From an uncultured virus (IMG/VR IMGVR_UViG_3300028571_000887) (lineage: Duplodnaviria > Heunggongvirae > Uroviricota > Caudoviricetes): a DNA stretch of 64,000 nucleotides. The notes below the pieces were generated by a model. It worked only from the letters and a program-made list of their open reading frames with translations, was not told where the DNA came from and ran no database searches. The translations under genes and the position numbers were made by a program. Shown here one piece after another: positions 55,019 through 63,665 of the stretch; within the stretch, counting starts at the first letter, position 1; the number at the start of each line of letters is the position of its first letter. The DNA is taken from the IMG/VR virus record IMGVR_UViG_3300028571_000887; one strand, given 5' to 3'.

Positions 55019-56789
55019 TTTTTCAGATATTATTGAAGCGCTAGACGACAACCCATTTGAAGAAAACCCTGTTGATGTTCATACTTTTGTTTTAAACCCT
55101 AAATTTTTAGGCCTTCCACCATTGTCAGATTTTCAATACACCCTTGTAGAGTGTATGAGTCAGATATACAAAAAGGAAGACCTTATGAGACTCATGGGGG
55201 ACAAAGAAGGTGCAGATCATTTTGAAAGATATACAAAGAATGAGATAATACAACAGCTTGGCAAGGGTTCGGGTAAGGACCACTCTTCAACAATTGGATG
55301 CGCCTATGTTGTTTATAAACTTCTTTGCCTGAAAGACCCCGCTAGATACTTTGGAAAACCACCGGGGGATGCCATAGATATTATGAATGTGGCAGTCAAT
55401 GCCCAGCAATCAAAGAACGTTTTCTATAAAGGATTAAGAACAAAGATTGACAATTGCCCATGGTTTGCTGGAAAATATAATGCAAAGGTAGATGGAATAG
55501 AATTTGAAAAAGCCGTAACTGTTTACTCTGGCCACTCTGAAAGAGAGTCCCATGAGGGACTGAACCTAATCATGGCAATCCTTGATGAGATATCTGGATT
55601 TGCATCCGACTCTGCATCTGGAAATGATCAGGGAAAGACTGGCGAGAACATGTATAGAGCTTTTAGGGGGTCTGTTGATTCAAGATTTCCAGACTACGGA
55701 AAGGTTGTGTTACTTTCTTTTCCCCGATTTAAGGGAGACTTTATAACAAAAAGATATGACGCTGTTATAGCAGACAAAGAAATAACATATAGATCACATA
55801 AGTTTGTTTTAAATCCAGATCTTCCAGAGGATGATGTGTCAAATACCTTTGACATTGAATGGGAAGAGGATGATATTATTTCTTATAGGTACCCCAAGGT
55901 TTTTGCATTAAAGAGACCAACATGGGAAATAAATCCTACCAGAAGCATTGAAGATTTTAAGATTGCATTCTATACAGAACCAGCAGATGCTTTAATGAGA
56001 TTTGCATGTATGCCCACTACCTCTAGTGATGCGTTCTTCAGATCAAGAGACAAGATAGAAAAGGCTCTATCAATAAGAAACCCAATAGATAGTTCTAAAA
56101 GATTTGACATAAACTTTAGTCCGGACCCCAACGTTACATACTTTGTTCACGCAGACCTTGCCCAAAAGCATGACAAGTGTGCTGTAGCCATAAGCCATGT
56201 AGACAAGTGGGTAGAGGTAAAATCGTTTAATGACTACACTCAAGTTGTTCCATTCGTTATTGTTGATGCTATTGTTTGGTGGGAGCCACGCAAGGAAGGT
56301 CCAGTAGACCTCTCTGAAGTAAAGAACTGGATCATTGACTTGAGGCGAAGTGGGTTTAGTCTTGGACTTGTTACCTTTGACCGCTGGAATTCTTTTGACA
56401 TTCAAAGGGATCTCAAGAGTGTTGGAATACCAACTGAAACTCTTTCTGTTGCTAAGAAGCACTACGAGGACTTGGCGATGTTGTTTTATGAAGAAAGAGT
56501 TATTGGACCACACATAGACATTCTTTTAACTGAGCTTTTGGAACTCAGGGTCATGTCAAACAACAGAGTTGATCACCCAAGAAAGGGCGGCAAAGACCTT
56601 TCAGATGCCATGTGTGGGTCCATATACAACTCCATCAGCAGATCCAGAAGGGAAGTCATGGGGGAAATAGAAATACATACCTGGTCCTCATTTAAAGCAG
56701 ATAACAATAGAGAGCTTGTAGCAGAACTAGAAAAGCCAAAAATGACTGAGGAAATAAAAGATTTTCTTAGCGGGTTTGGAATACTATAA
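55008..56789 (+). CDS. terL: Terminase large subunit
   Basis: Walker A GKGSGKD, Walker B AILDE, LLSFP, PTWEINP, nuclease HADL..D, TFDRW, KDLSDA. Confidence 0.9.
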   Translation: MTLDFSDIIEALDDNPFEENPVDVHTFVLNPKFLGLPPLSDFQYTLVECMSQIYKKEDLMRLMGDKEGADHFERYTKNEIIQQLGKGSGKDHSSTIGCAYVVYKLLCLKDPARYFGKPPGDAIDIMNVAVNAQQSKNVFYKGLRTKIDNCPWFAGKYNAKVDGIEFEKAVTVYSGHSERESHEGLNLIMAILDEISGFASDSASGNDQGKTGENMYRAFRGSVDSRFPDYGKVVLLSFPRFKGDFITKRYDAVIADKEITYRSHKFVLNPDLPEDDVSNTFDIEWEEDDIISYRYPKVFALKRPTWEINPTRSIEDFKIAFYTEPADALMRFACMPTTSSDAFFRSRDKIEKALSIRNPIDSSKRFDINFSPDPNVTYFVHADLAQKHDKCAVAISHVDKWVEVKSFNDYTQVVPFVIVDAIVWWEPRKEGPVDLSEVKNWIIDLRRSGFSLGLVTFDRWNSFDIQRDLKSVGIPTETLSVAKKHYEDLAMLFYEERVIGPHIDILLTELLELRVMSNNRVDHPRKGGKDLSDAMCGSIYNSISRSRREVMGEIEIHTWSSFKADNNRELVAELEKPKMTEEIKDFLSGFGIL

Positions 56790-56817
56790 ACCATCAAATG
56801 AAATGATATAATTAATT

Positions 56818-56922
56818 GTGTTTACAAATACATTTAACAAGTCCCTTGATAACAAGGAAAAAGAATCTTCAAAAGAGGAATGCACTTGCGGGAATGACTG
56901 CCCATGCAATGGTGCACAATAA
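56818..56922 (+). CDS. Putative 34-aa Cys-rich microprotein
   Basis: GTG 5 nt after TGATATAAT; MFTNTFNKSLDNKEKESSKEECTCGNDCPCNGAQ*. Confidence 0.4.
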   Translation: MFTNTFNKSLDNKEKESSKEECTCGNDCPCNGAQ

Positions 56923-56992
56923 GCCATGAGCCTTGCCCCACAGGAAAGAGCATACTACATGGATAGATACACCATTCTCATTTAGAAAGAAC

Positions 56993-57021
56993 TTGACATA
57001 ATAACATAAAGACGATATCAT
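56993..57021 (+). promoter_or_regulatory. Sigma70/SigA-like promoter
   Basis: TTGACA-N17-TATCAT upstream of AAGGAG and ATG 57046. Confidence 0.65.
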
Positions 57022-57045
57022 GTAATTCATAGTAAAGGAGATGTT

Positions 57046-57234
57046 ATGGATGAACTGGAAAATGGTACCCTACAGACTTTGGTTGACTATTACCGCAACA
57101 AGTGTAGTAAGCTGGAGTATGATTTTGTTCAGTATCAAATTAAATCTGAAGCCGTGGTTAGAAGCCTTAGAGAGAGAGTCGAACATACACACTCCGCAGA
57201 ACAAACAAATGGAAAAGGATCTGAAAGTTCATGA
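57046..57234 (+). CDS. Small coiled-coil protein
   Basis: AAGGAG RBS; LVDYYRNKCSKLEYDF. Confidence 0.6.
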   Translation: MDELENGTLQTLVDYYRNKCSKLEYDFVQYQIKSEAVVRSLRERVEHTHSAEQTNGKGSESS

Positions 57235-57481
57235 TCTAGAAGCCTCTTTTGATGGAGATACTATGAAAAGTCAACTAGAAAAGATAAGAAAAAAGAATAC
57301 CGTAAGAGTAGCAATCATTGGTAAAAAAGCTTATTGGGTTCATGAAAATATATTCTATGAAACAGATATTGTAGATGGATATATCAATAATGAAAATGCA
57401 AAGGCCATTGATGCCCACTTATTAAACCAAAGGGAGTTAAATAGACTTCTTAAGATTCTAGACAGCATAAAGGGGAACTAA
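57209..57481 (+). CDS. Hypothetical protein
   Basis: 3' part of track ORF 57041-57481; VRVAIIGKKAYWV. Confidence 0.55.
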   Translation: MEKDLKVHDLEASFDGDTMKSQLEKIRKKNTVRVAIIGKKAYWVHENIFYETDIVDGYINNENAKAIDAHLLNQRELNRLLKILDSIKGN

Positions 57482-57483
57482 AG

Positions 57484-57777
57484 ATGAGAATTGAATTCAT
57501 TATCTGGGTGCCCATTGCTTTAATCCAAATAACTTTGTTTTCAATCTTCTTGTTTCGATCCCGAAAAGGCAACGAAGCTCCGGAGGAAACCATAGATATA
57601 ATTCCAATCTATGTTTACAAGGGTAAGGCTTATTGGAAAGAAAGTGGATACATTATGGTGGCTCCATACAACAACTCATCAATAGATGTTAAACAAGGTT
57701 CTAGGGTAGACCAGCTTAATTCAGGGCTGCTGCCATCTGAAATGTTTGACGTAATCGAACAACTAGAAAAGGCGTAA
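57484..57777 (+). CDS. Membrane-anchored hypothetical protein
   Basis: N-terminal TM helix; YKGKAYWK resembles the upstream ORF's GKKAYWV. Confidence 0.6.
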   Translation: MRIEFIIWVPIALIQITLFSIFLFRSRKGNEAPEETIDIIPIYVYKGKAYWKESGYIMVAPYNNSSIDVKQGSRVDQLNSGLLPSEMFDVIEQLEKA

Positions 57778-57778
57778 A

Positions 57779-58126
57779 ATGATAATCGTAGTAGAAGGAA
57801 CAAAGAAGTTTGATGATTATGAAACCTTTATGCGTGCAATGGGTGTAGCCCTGTCCCAACAAACTGGAGGTAACGTCATTGATGTTTGGTCTGTTGGACC
57901 TCATAAGATAAATAGTTTTACTGCTGCATTTTGCAATTCTGCAGAAAACTATTTAAAACAAAAGGGATTTAAGATTAATTTTAAAAAAGTTCCACATTCA
58001 TTTGTGTCAGACAACATTAATTCTGTTGGATACCTGGCATTCTTTAGTTTAAGGAAAGAGCCCTCATCTAGATTAGTAGTTGAGGCAGAGCTATCTGGAA
58101 AAGAGATAGGAATTTTTAGAGTTTAA
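57779..58126 (+). CDS. SLOG/YspA-like protein (putative)
   Basis: N-terminal IIVVEGTKKFDDY pattern. Confidence 0.45.
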   Translation: MIIVVEGTKKFDDYETFMRAMGVALSQQTGGNVIDVWSVGPHKINSFTAAFCNSAENYLKQKGFKINFKKVPHSFVSDNINSVGYLAFFSLRKEPSSRLVVEAELSGKEIGIFRV

Positions 58127-58494
58127 TGCTAAGTAGAAAAGATGTTGCATTTTTAAATATAGCCCGTTACTTTGCTGAGAAGTCTCAGGAAAAGAAAAAG
58201 CACGGGGCTGTTGTTGTTAAGTCTGGAAGAGTTGTTGGCACTGGTTTTAATAAGTATAAGAACCATCCAAACAACATTCCAGAGGATCTTGTGAAAATAC
58301 ATTGCTCTCGCCATGCTGAACAGATAGCAATTAAGGAGGCTGGCACTCACTGTAAGGGCGCTGTGCTGTATATAGCCAGAGTCAATCGCCAAGGTCTTGA
58401 TAGGAATAGTACGCCTTGCTTTGTTTGTGAAAAACTGATAAAATTATCAGGCATAAAGAAAGTTATTTATACAATGGAGGAACCGTGTCACTAG
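58126..58494 (+). CDS. Cytidine/deoxycytidylate deaminase family protein
   Basis: HGAVVV, GFN, HAE, PCFVC, GIKKVIY. Confidence 0.88.
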   Translation: MLSRKDVAFLNIARYFAEKSQEKKKHGAVVVKSGRVVGTGFNKYKNHPNNIPEDLVKIHCSRHAEQIAIKEAGTHCKGAVLYIARVNRQGLDRNSTPCFVCEKLIKLSGIKKVIYTMEEPCH

Positions 58495-58748
58495 AGACTT
58501 GCTCTTTAATCCTATTTTTTTCAACTGCCTGTCTATACCTTACCGTGTATTTATCAATTTTTAGAAATCCATCTGTAATTAAGTTTCTTTTTCTGGCCTT
58601 CTTTTGGGCTTTCAATGTCGGGGCAACTCTCTGGTATGGAATATATACTGGTCAAATTGGTTTTATTTTAATAGCTGGTTTGGAGATTGCCATGGCAATA
58701 TTTGTTTATGTAACCACGGGAAAGGCAATAGAAAATGATAGTAACTGA
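58485..58748 (+). CDS. Small multi-pass membrane protein
   Basis: Three hydrophobic segments in 87 aa. Confidence 0.55.
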   Translation: MSLETCSLILFFSTACLYLTVYLSIFRNPSVIKFLFLAFFWAFNVGATLWYGIYTGQIGFILIAGLEIAMAIFVYVTTGKAIENDSN

Positions 58749-58947
58749 TATCCAAGAAATGGAAAAAATAGTTAACTCAAGCAATACGCTATCTTGGGAC
58801 GGGTGGGATGTTGTGTACCATGTCCAAAAGGACGACTCTGAGTTTCTATCGACTGGATCATTCAATAAACAGAATGGCAAATGGTACTCAAGAACCGTGT
58901 ACCCTTGCTCAGCAAATGGCTGGAACATACCGAATTCGGTGGGATAG
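58735..58947 (+). CDS. Hypothetical protein
   Basis: 70 aa; LSWDGWDVV. Confidence 0.6.
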   Translation: MIVTDIQEMEKIVNSSNTLSWDGWDVVYHVQKDDSEFLSTGSFNKQNGKWYSRTVYPCSANGWNIPNSVG

Positions 58948-58949
58948 TT

Positions 58950-59237
58950 GTGGCTAGGTCAGACTGGAGCAAAGATGCAAAATGTTTAAATTTAGATACA
59001 AATCTTTTTTTTGATAAGTATGAAGAAGACCCAGAGATTCGTCCGGCTATAGACGCCTTGTGTTCCAAGTGTCCTGTCCGTAGAGAGTGCTTAATGAATG
59101 CCATTAGCAGACAAGAGTGGGGACTCTGGGGCGGGGTATTTTTTGAGAAAGGGAAAATTTCAAAAGAGTTTAATAATCATAAAGGAAAGAGTGAATGGTT
59201 TGATGTTTGGGAATCCTTGACAATGGATAAGTCATGA
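58950..59237 (+). CDS. whiB: WhiB-family Fe-S transcription factor
   Basis: W...AKC....NLFF...CSKCPVRREC...GLWGG: four Cys plus the G-L-W-G-G turn. Confidence 0.9.
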   Translation: MARSDWSKDAKCLNLDTNLFFDKYEEDPEIRPAIDALCSKCPVRRECLMNAISRQEWGLWGGVFFEKGKISKEFNNHKGKSEWFDVWESLTMDKS

Positions 59238-59530
59238 TATATACTGAGCAGATGAAAACAGCGGTGCGTTCAGTAAGACCACCGCATGAGTTCACGATTG
59301 ATATAGTTGTGTACGATATGGGAAAGCACCCATACCTTGGAATTCGTTTTTACGAAAGCCAATGGGAGTATTACAATGAAAAAGAAAGGCTTGACTGCAT
59401 AACATATTTAAACAAGATAAGAACAATAATTAGGAGCTTTGATGTGAATGTAACACTTGACCCCGTAATAGATACGGGAAATAGTATTCCGTCAAATAAA
59501 AAGGTTAGAGGAAAAGGAGTAAGTAAATGA
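59234..59530 (+). CDS. Hypothetical protein
   Basis: 98 aa; ATGA coupling. Confidence 0.6.
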   Translation: MIYTEQMKTAVRSVRPPHEFTIDIVVYDMGKHPYLGIRFYESQWEYYNEKERLDCITYLNKIRTIIRSFDVNVTLDPVIDTGNSIPSNKKVRGKGVSK

Positions 59531-59907
59531 GTATGATTACCGTAATTGGAAACCTTGTGGCAGATCCAGAATCAAAGAATGCCGGAGGTCATAGCCTCGC
59601 TAAGTTGCGAGTTGCAAGTAACGAAAGAATCAAAGATACAGATGGGCAATGGAAAGACGGAGACACAACCTATGTTGACGTTACCTGCTGGAGAAAGTTG
59701 GCAGAAGGTGTAACCTCCCTACGCAAGGGACAGAGAGTTGTTGTCTACGGAAAGCTTAAGGGTCATTCCTTTGAGCGCAAGGATGGAACCAAGGGCTATG
59801 CGTATGAGATTGAGGCCACTGACGTTGGTGCTTCTATCATGGCTCGTGGAGTGGCGTCACTAGATTCACGACCAATTGAACCAGATCTTGAGAATCCCTG
59901 GAGCTGA
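59527..59907 (+). CDS. ssb: Bacterial-type single-stranded DNA-binding protein
   Basis: ITVIGNLVADPE, WKDGDTTYVDVTCWRKLAE, KGQRVVVYGKL, EIEATDVG. Confidence 0.9.
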   Translation: MSMITVIGNLVADPESKNAGGHSLAKLRVASNERIKDTDGQWKDGDTTYVDVTCWRKLAEGVTSLRKGQRVVVYGKLKGHSFERKDGTKGYAYEIEATDVGASIMARGVASLDSRPIEPDLENPWS

Positions 59908-59914
59908 TGGGGCG

Positions 59915-60232
59915 ATGAGTGAGGAAACCACAACGTGGAATCAAGACGACCTGCACCTTGGGGAAAAGTTTGATGACTTAGTTTTTGATTCCACAGGGGG
60001 AGTGTTCCCTTTTGAGGCTCAAGGGTCTTATATGGGAGAGCCATTCTACTTCAGGTATCGCTGGAGTGAAGCTTCTTTGTCATATGGGGTAGAAAAAGAA
60101 AATGTATATTTCTATCCAAAATACAAAGCTCGTGCTTTCCATGAAAAATCCCCTGATGGTTTCCTCACTCAACAAGAATTTGAAGATTTATTTACTAGCC
60201 TTTTATACGATATAATAAGACAAAAGGGGTGA
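59915..60232 (+). CDS. Hypothetical protein
   Basis: PFEAQG..GEPFYFRYRW. Confidence 0.55.
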   Translation: MSEETTTWNQDDLHLGEKFDDLVFDSTGGVFPFEAQGSYMGEPFYFRYRWSEASLSYGVEKENVYFYPKYKARAFHEKSPDGFLTQQEFEDLFTSLLYDIIRQKG

Positions 60233-60233
60233 T

Positions 60234-60530
60234 TTGCTAATGGATATTGAAGAGATGTGTGAAATTCTAGAAGAGTTTTCAAGAGAGTTTACAAATGGAA
60301 ATTTAAATAGAGATTTTTTTACAGGGTTTTTAATTTACAATGACCTCGGACTACCATTGGCACAAGCGTATCATTATGACCTTGCAGAACTCACAGAAGA
60401 GGGAGAAACTCTCGTCATAGAAACCTGGGAGGAATTCTGCAGATGCCTAGCAATAGACTCAGATGAGCCCTATGAAGACCTTAACGATTGTCTTTTCTCC
60501 TCAGAGGTATATCTACAGTCAAATGAATAA
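60234..60530 (+). CDS. Hypothetical acidic protein
   Basis: YNDLGLPLA; AAGGGG RBS. Confidence 0.6.
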   Translation: MLMDIEEMCEILEEFSREFTNGNLNRDFFTGFLIYNDLGLPLAQAYHYDLAELTEEGETLVIETWEEFCRCLAIDSDEPYEDLNDCLFSSEVYLQSNE

Positions 60531-61232
60531 TGATATATCGTTTTGATAAACCTTCTTTAAAAAGTTTTCTATTTCTTTATTTAAATCGTATGACTTCATA
60601 AATTCATAAGTAACATTTCCATTATATCCAAGATTTTTTATATCAGAAATTATATTTGCGTATTCTTTATATAAAGTAACTGGCTCAAGATCTGGGGTAG
60701 AAATGTGAACATGATAGATATACTCTTTATGTTTTTCAAATTCTACTACAGAATTTAGTCCTTCTAAATAAAGATTACCACTATCAATCATAGTTTTTAT
60801 ACTGTAAAGAGATTCTATATCATCTACAATTTCATCCAGGGTATAATAATACTCTCCACCGTACTTCCTTGCATTTGGTTCAACACAAACAATGCAATCA
60901 CGCTTATCAATATAGTTGTCAATACGCATAAGAAGATCAAGCATACTCTTTTTGTTTCCTATACGCATCGATGGAGATCCAAGGGTGATGACCTTTACAT
61001 TGTTTTCTAAACAATAATCGACCACCTTGCATAGATAATCGTAACAGCTGGAATCAAAAAAAGATGATATTCCAGATCCGTAGAATACCCCTTGGATAGC
61101 ATAAACAGATTTTGATAGTGGAGCTTTTATGTAAGCAGATTCGATATAATCAAATCCAAGATTTAATGCAATCTCTGTGTTTTTAGAAACCATATCTGGT
61201 TGCCAACCAATGTTACTTATTCCTACCTGCAT
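60519..61232 (-). CDS. Sugar phosphate isomerase/epimerase (xylose-isomerase-like TIM barrel)
   Basis: GISNIGW, LGSPSMR, CVEPNARKYG, MIDSGN, HVHIS, VTYE. Confidence 0.8.
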   Translation of the reverse strand: MQVGISNIGWQPDMVSKNTEIALNLGFDYIESAYIKAPLSKSVYAIQGVFYGSGISSFFDSSCYDYLCKVVDYCLENNVKVITLGSPSMRIGNKKSMLDLLMRIDNYIDKRDCIVCVEPNARKYGGEYYYTLDEIVDDIESLYSIKTMIDSGNLYLEGLNSVVEFEKHKEYIYHVHISTPDLEPVTLYKEYANIISDIKNLGYNGNVTYEFMKSYDLNKEIENFLKKVYQNDISLFI

Positions 61233-61963
61233 AAAAATTCTCCTATCTCTTTTAATGAAGTTTCTGAATCGTACCAATATCTTTTTGTTGTTATATTAGT
61301 TTGATAATTATACGCCATAAGCTTTCCTTCATATCCAATAGGTTTGTCACAGAATGTTTCTACTATTTCCCTGGTACTAACGGGTTCTGGAAATAAATTA
61401 AATATTGTTCTATCATCATAGTTAGCTGCCTCAATATCTAATGCGATAAGATTAATGTTATACCATTGATAGTAAGAGTTTATATTTATTTGATCTAAGT
61501 TATTTGAATTCTTAATATCAAATAATATATTCTTTTTTAAATATGGACCGTAAACTCCTGGCAATCGTAATACTTTTATAGAATTATACTCCAGGTTTTG
61601 AGTTATCAAGTCTTCAAAGATATACCTATTGTGACCATACCCTAGGCTTTTAAATACAGGAGCTATTGTTTCGTCTGCAAGTAACTCAGTATCCTGGTAA
61701 ACATCAATTGTAGAAAATAAAAATACATTATTATATTTTTTATTTTTTATCTTGGTAAATATGCTTATTGCATTTTCTAAATCAAGTCCAGGGTTTTTAT
61801 TTATTATCCATTTCGTTGCTGGTAGACAGGAAAGATAAAGATCACAACCATCAGGTGCAGAAGATATTTCGTCAAGGTTTTTAGAATTATATTTATAATC
61901 AAAGTTTATAAATCTTTGTAGATTTGTTCCAACAAAACCAGTTGAGCCTACTAAAATTCGCAT
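61223..61963 (-). CDS. NAD-dependent epimerase/dehydratase (extended SDR-like)
   Basis: LVGSTGFVG, STIDVY, YGHNR, LRLPGVYG. Confidence 0.8.
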   Translation of the reverse strand: MRILVGSTGFVGTNLQRFINFDYKYNSKNLDEISSAPDGCDLYLSCLPATKWIINKNPGLDLENAISIFTKIKNKKYNNVFLFSTIDVYQDTELLADETIAPVFKSLGYGHNRYIFEDLITQNLEYNSIKVLRLPGVYGPYLKKNILFDIKNSNNLDQININSYYQWYNINLIALDIEAANYDDRTIFNLFPEPVSTREIVETFCDKPIGYEGKLMAYNYQTNITTKRYWYDSETSLKEIGEFLCR

Positions 61964-62880
61964 AGCTGTCTCACATAATCCTCAAGGTAGTATATCCCCT
62001 GTATCTTGCCCCCAAAACAGTTTACAACATTGTTCTCCATTGTAATTACTGGAGATCTGTTGTCAGACATATCAACTGGCTTTGCCTTTACAGCTCTTAG
62101 GCTTTCTTGGTATTTAAACCTTGTACTAAACCCTGGATAGTAATAAGATATTTTATTTTCAATCTTTTCTATTCTTTCAGAATCGGTAAGATTAGAATCT
62201 GGTGTGTATTCAACATCTGAAATTGTAAACATATTTTTATAATATGGAAAGATGGAAAACAAAGGTCCATCAACCAATGTCAGGGCATCGAATGGCGTAT
62301 CGTCAATCTTTTTATATACGAATATTGTGCATGGTTGAACAAAAGACTGATGGGTAATGGGGTTGAGAGTGTTGTTTGTACAATTTATAACAAGATCGTA
62401 AGACAACGAAAGGCTACCAACATTGTCAATATCTTTTCTAGTCAGCAAATGATCAAGCTCTCTTATAAAGTATGACTGGGCAAGAAATGGATTTATATGT
62501 TTTTCATTCACGGAAATAGCTCCAGAAACATTATTTAAATAGTCATGGTCAGCAATTTGAAAGTCAAAGTCTGAAAATATTTTAATATAGGTTTTAAAAT
62601 CAATGATTGATTCCCGTTCTGGCACAGCATAAACATTGTTAGGGACGTTAGATAAAAGACTTTCGTAATCTGTTTTAAATTTTATAAAAGTTGTTCTGCA
62701 CAGAAGTCTTGTTGTAGAGCTTCTTGCATAATGATAACCTAGGTGCAATCTATTTTGATTGTTCATAGAAGCTTTACTAAAAATGCCATGCCCATCAAAA
62801 ATACTAACCTGGTGGCTTTGTTTTAATTTATTTGCAATGTGGCAGCCAAACCATCCTGCACCAATAATAGCTATCTTCAT
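61951..62880 (-). CDS. FAD-dependent oxidoreductase (DAO-like)
   Basis: MKIAIIGAGWFG, ASMNNQNRLHLGYHYARS, DGPLFSIFP, GGKI. Confidence 0.85.
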   Translation of the reverse strand: MKIAIIGAGWFGCHIANKLKQSHQVSIFDGHGIFSKASMNNQNRLHLGYHYARSSTTRLLCRTTFIKFKTDYESLLSNVPNNVYAVPERESIIDFKTYIKIFSDFDFQIADHDYLNNVSGAISVNEKHINPFLAQSYFIRELDHLLTRKDIDNVGSLSLSYDLVINCTNNTLNPITHQSFVQPCTIFVYKKIDDTPFDALTLVDGPLFSIFPYYKNMFTISDVEYTPDSNLTDSERIEKIENKISYYYPGFSTRFKYQESLRAVKAKPVDMSDNRSPVITMENNVVNCFGGKIQGIYYLEDYVRQLCEF

Positions 62881-62893
62881 AATAATTAGTAAC

Positions 62894-62912
62894 ATTATAT
62901 CAGTGATATAAT
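62894..62912. promoter_or_regulatory. Back-to-back divergent extended -10 elements
   Basis: attatatca-g-tgatataat: TGATATAAT on both strands, between divergent genes. Confidence 0.65.
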
Positions 62913-62932
62913 TGTGTAAAAGAAAGAAACTT

Positions 62933-63658
62933 ATGTCTACTGTAATTACTCACATCTACAACGAAGAACTATTGCTCCCCCTTTGGTTGGAGCATCATTC
63001 AAAATATTTTGATCATGGTATCGTGGTTGATTTTGCATCTACAGATTCTAGTAGGGAAATAATTGCTCAATACCCAAAATTTAAAGTGTATGATTCAACA
63101 ATAGATATGTGGGGTGTAAACGATCTTGATGCCATGATGATTGAATTTGAAAAAAAGGTAGAGGGAATAAGAATGGTGTTAAATGTAACAGAGTTTCTTC
63201 TTGGTGATCCTAATAATGCTAAAAAAGATTTTTTAATTCCTGCAGTTGGCCTTATTAATATGCCATTTGATAAAGAATTTGATTGGTCAAAACAATTTTG
63301 GGAGCAAAGATCATATGGAATTTCATACAAAGATAGTTTTATTCACAGAAGATCAAGAATTCTTGCTCATAAATTACCCAACTACCCGCTTGGCAGACAT
63401 TTTGAATCAATAGATGATGGCGGATACTTACTTGTTCATGTTGCCAACTGCTTGGTTGACGAGAGAATGATTAATAGAAAGCTTCAGTTTCAAGACAAAG
63501 TGCCAGACAAAGATAAAAATTTAAACCTAGCTTTTCAACACTATAAACAAGGAAGAAGATTTGTAAAAGAGGACGCACTTCAAGAGCAAGAAACTTTTAG
63601 ATCACAATCAGTAGATGTATCAGACTTAATTAATAAAGCTATTACTACCATGATATAG
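62933..63658 (+). CDS. Glycosyltransferase family 2-like protein
   Basis: HIYNEELLLPLWLEHH..FDHGIVVDFASTDSS; LNVTEFL; YPLGRH. Confidence 0.75.
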   Translation: MSTVITHIYNEELLLPLWLEHHSKYFDHGIVVDFASTDSSREIIAQYPKFKVYDSTIDMWGVNDLDAMMIEFEKKVEGIRMVLNVTEFLLGDPNNAKKDFLIPAVGLINMPFDKEFDWSKQFWEQRSYGISYKDSFIHRRSRILAHKLPNYPLGRHFESIDDGGYLLVHVANCLVDERMINRKLQFQDKVPDKDKNLNLAFQHYKQGRRFVKEDALQEQETFRSQSVDVSDLINKAITTMI

Positions 63659-63665
63659 GATAAAA

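Noticed and set aside
43486..56789. Inteins or introns in DnaB, DnaE, RecA or TerL
   Set aside because: Lengths are normal and no splice-junction or LAGLIDADG motifs were seen.
57041..57208. 5' extension of track ORF 57041-57481
   Set aside because: Overlaps the better-supported ORF 57046-57234, which has an RBS and promoter; start reassigned to 57209.
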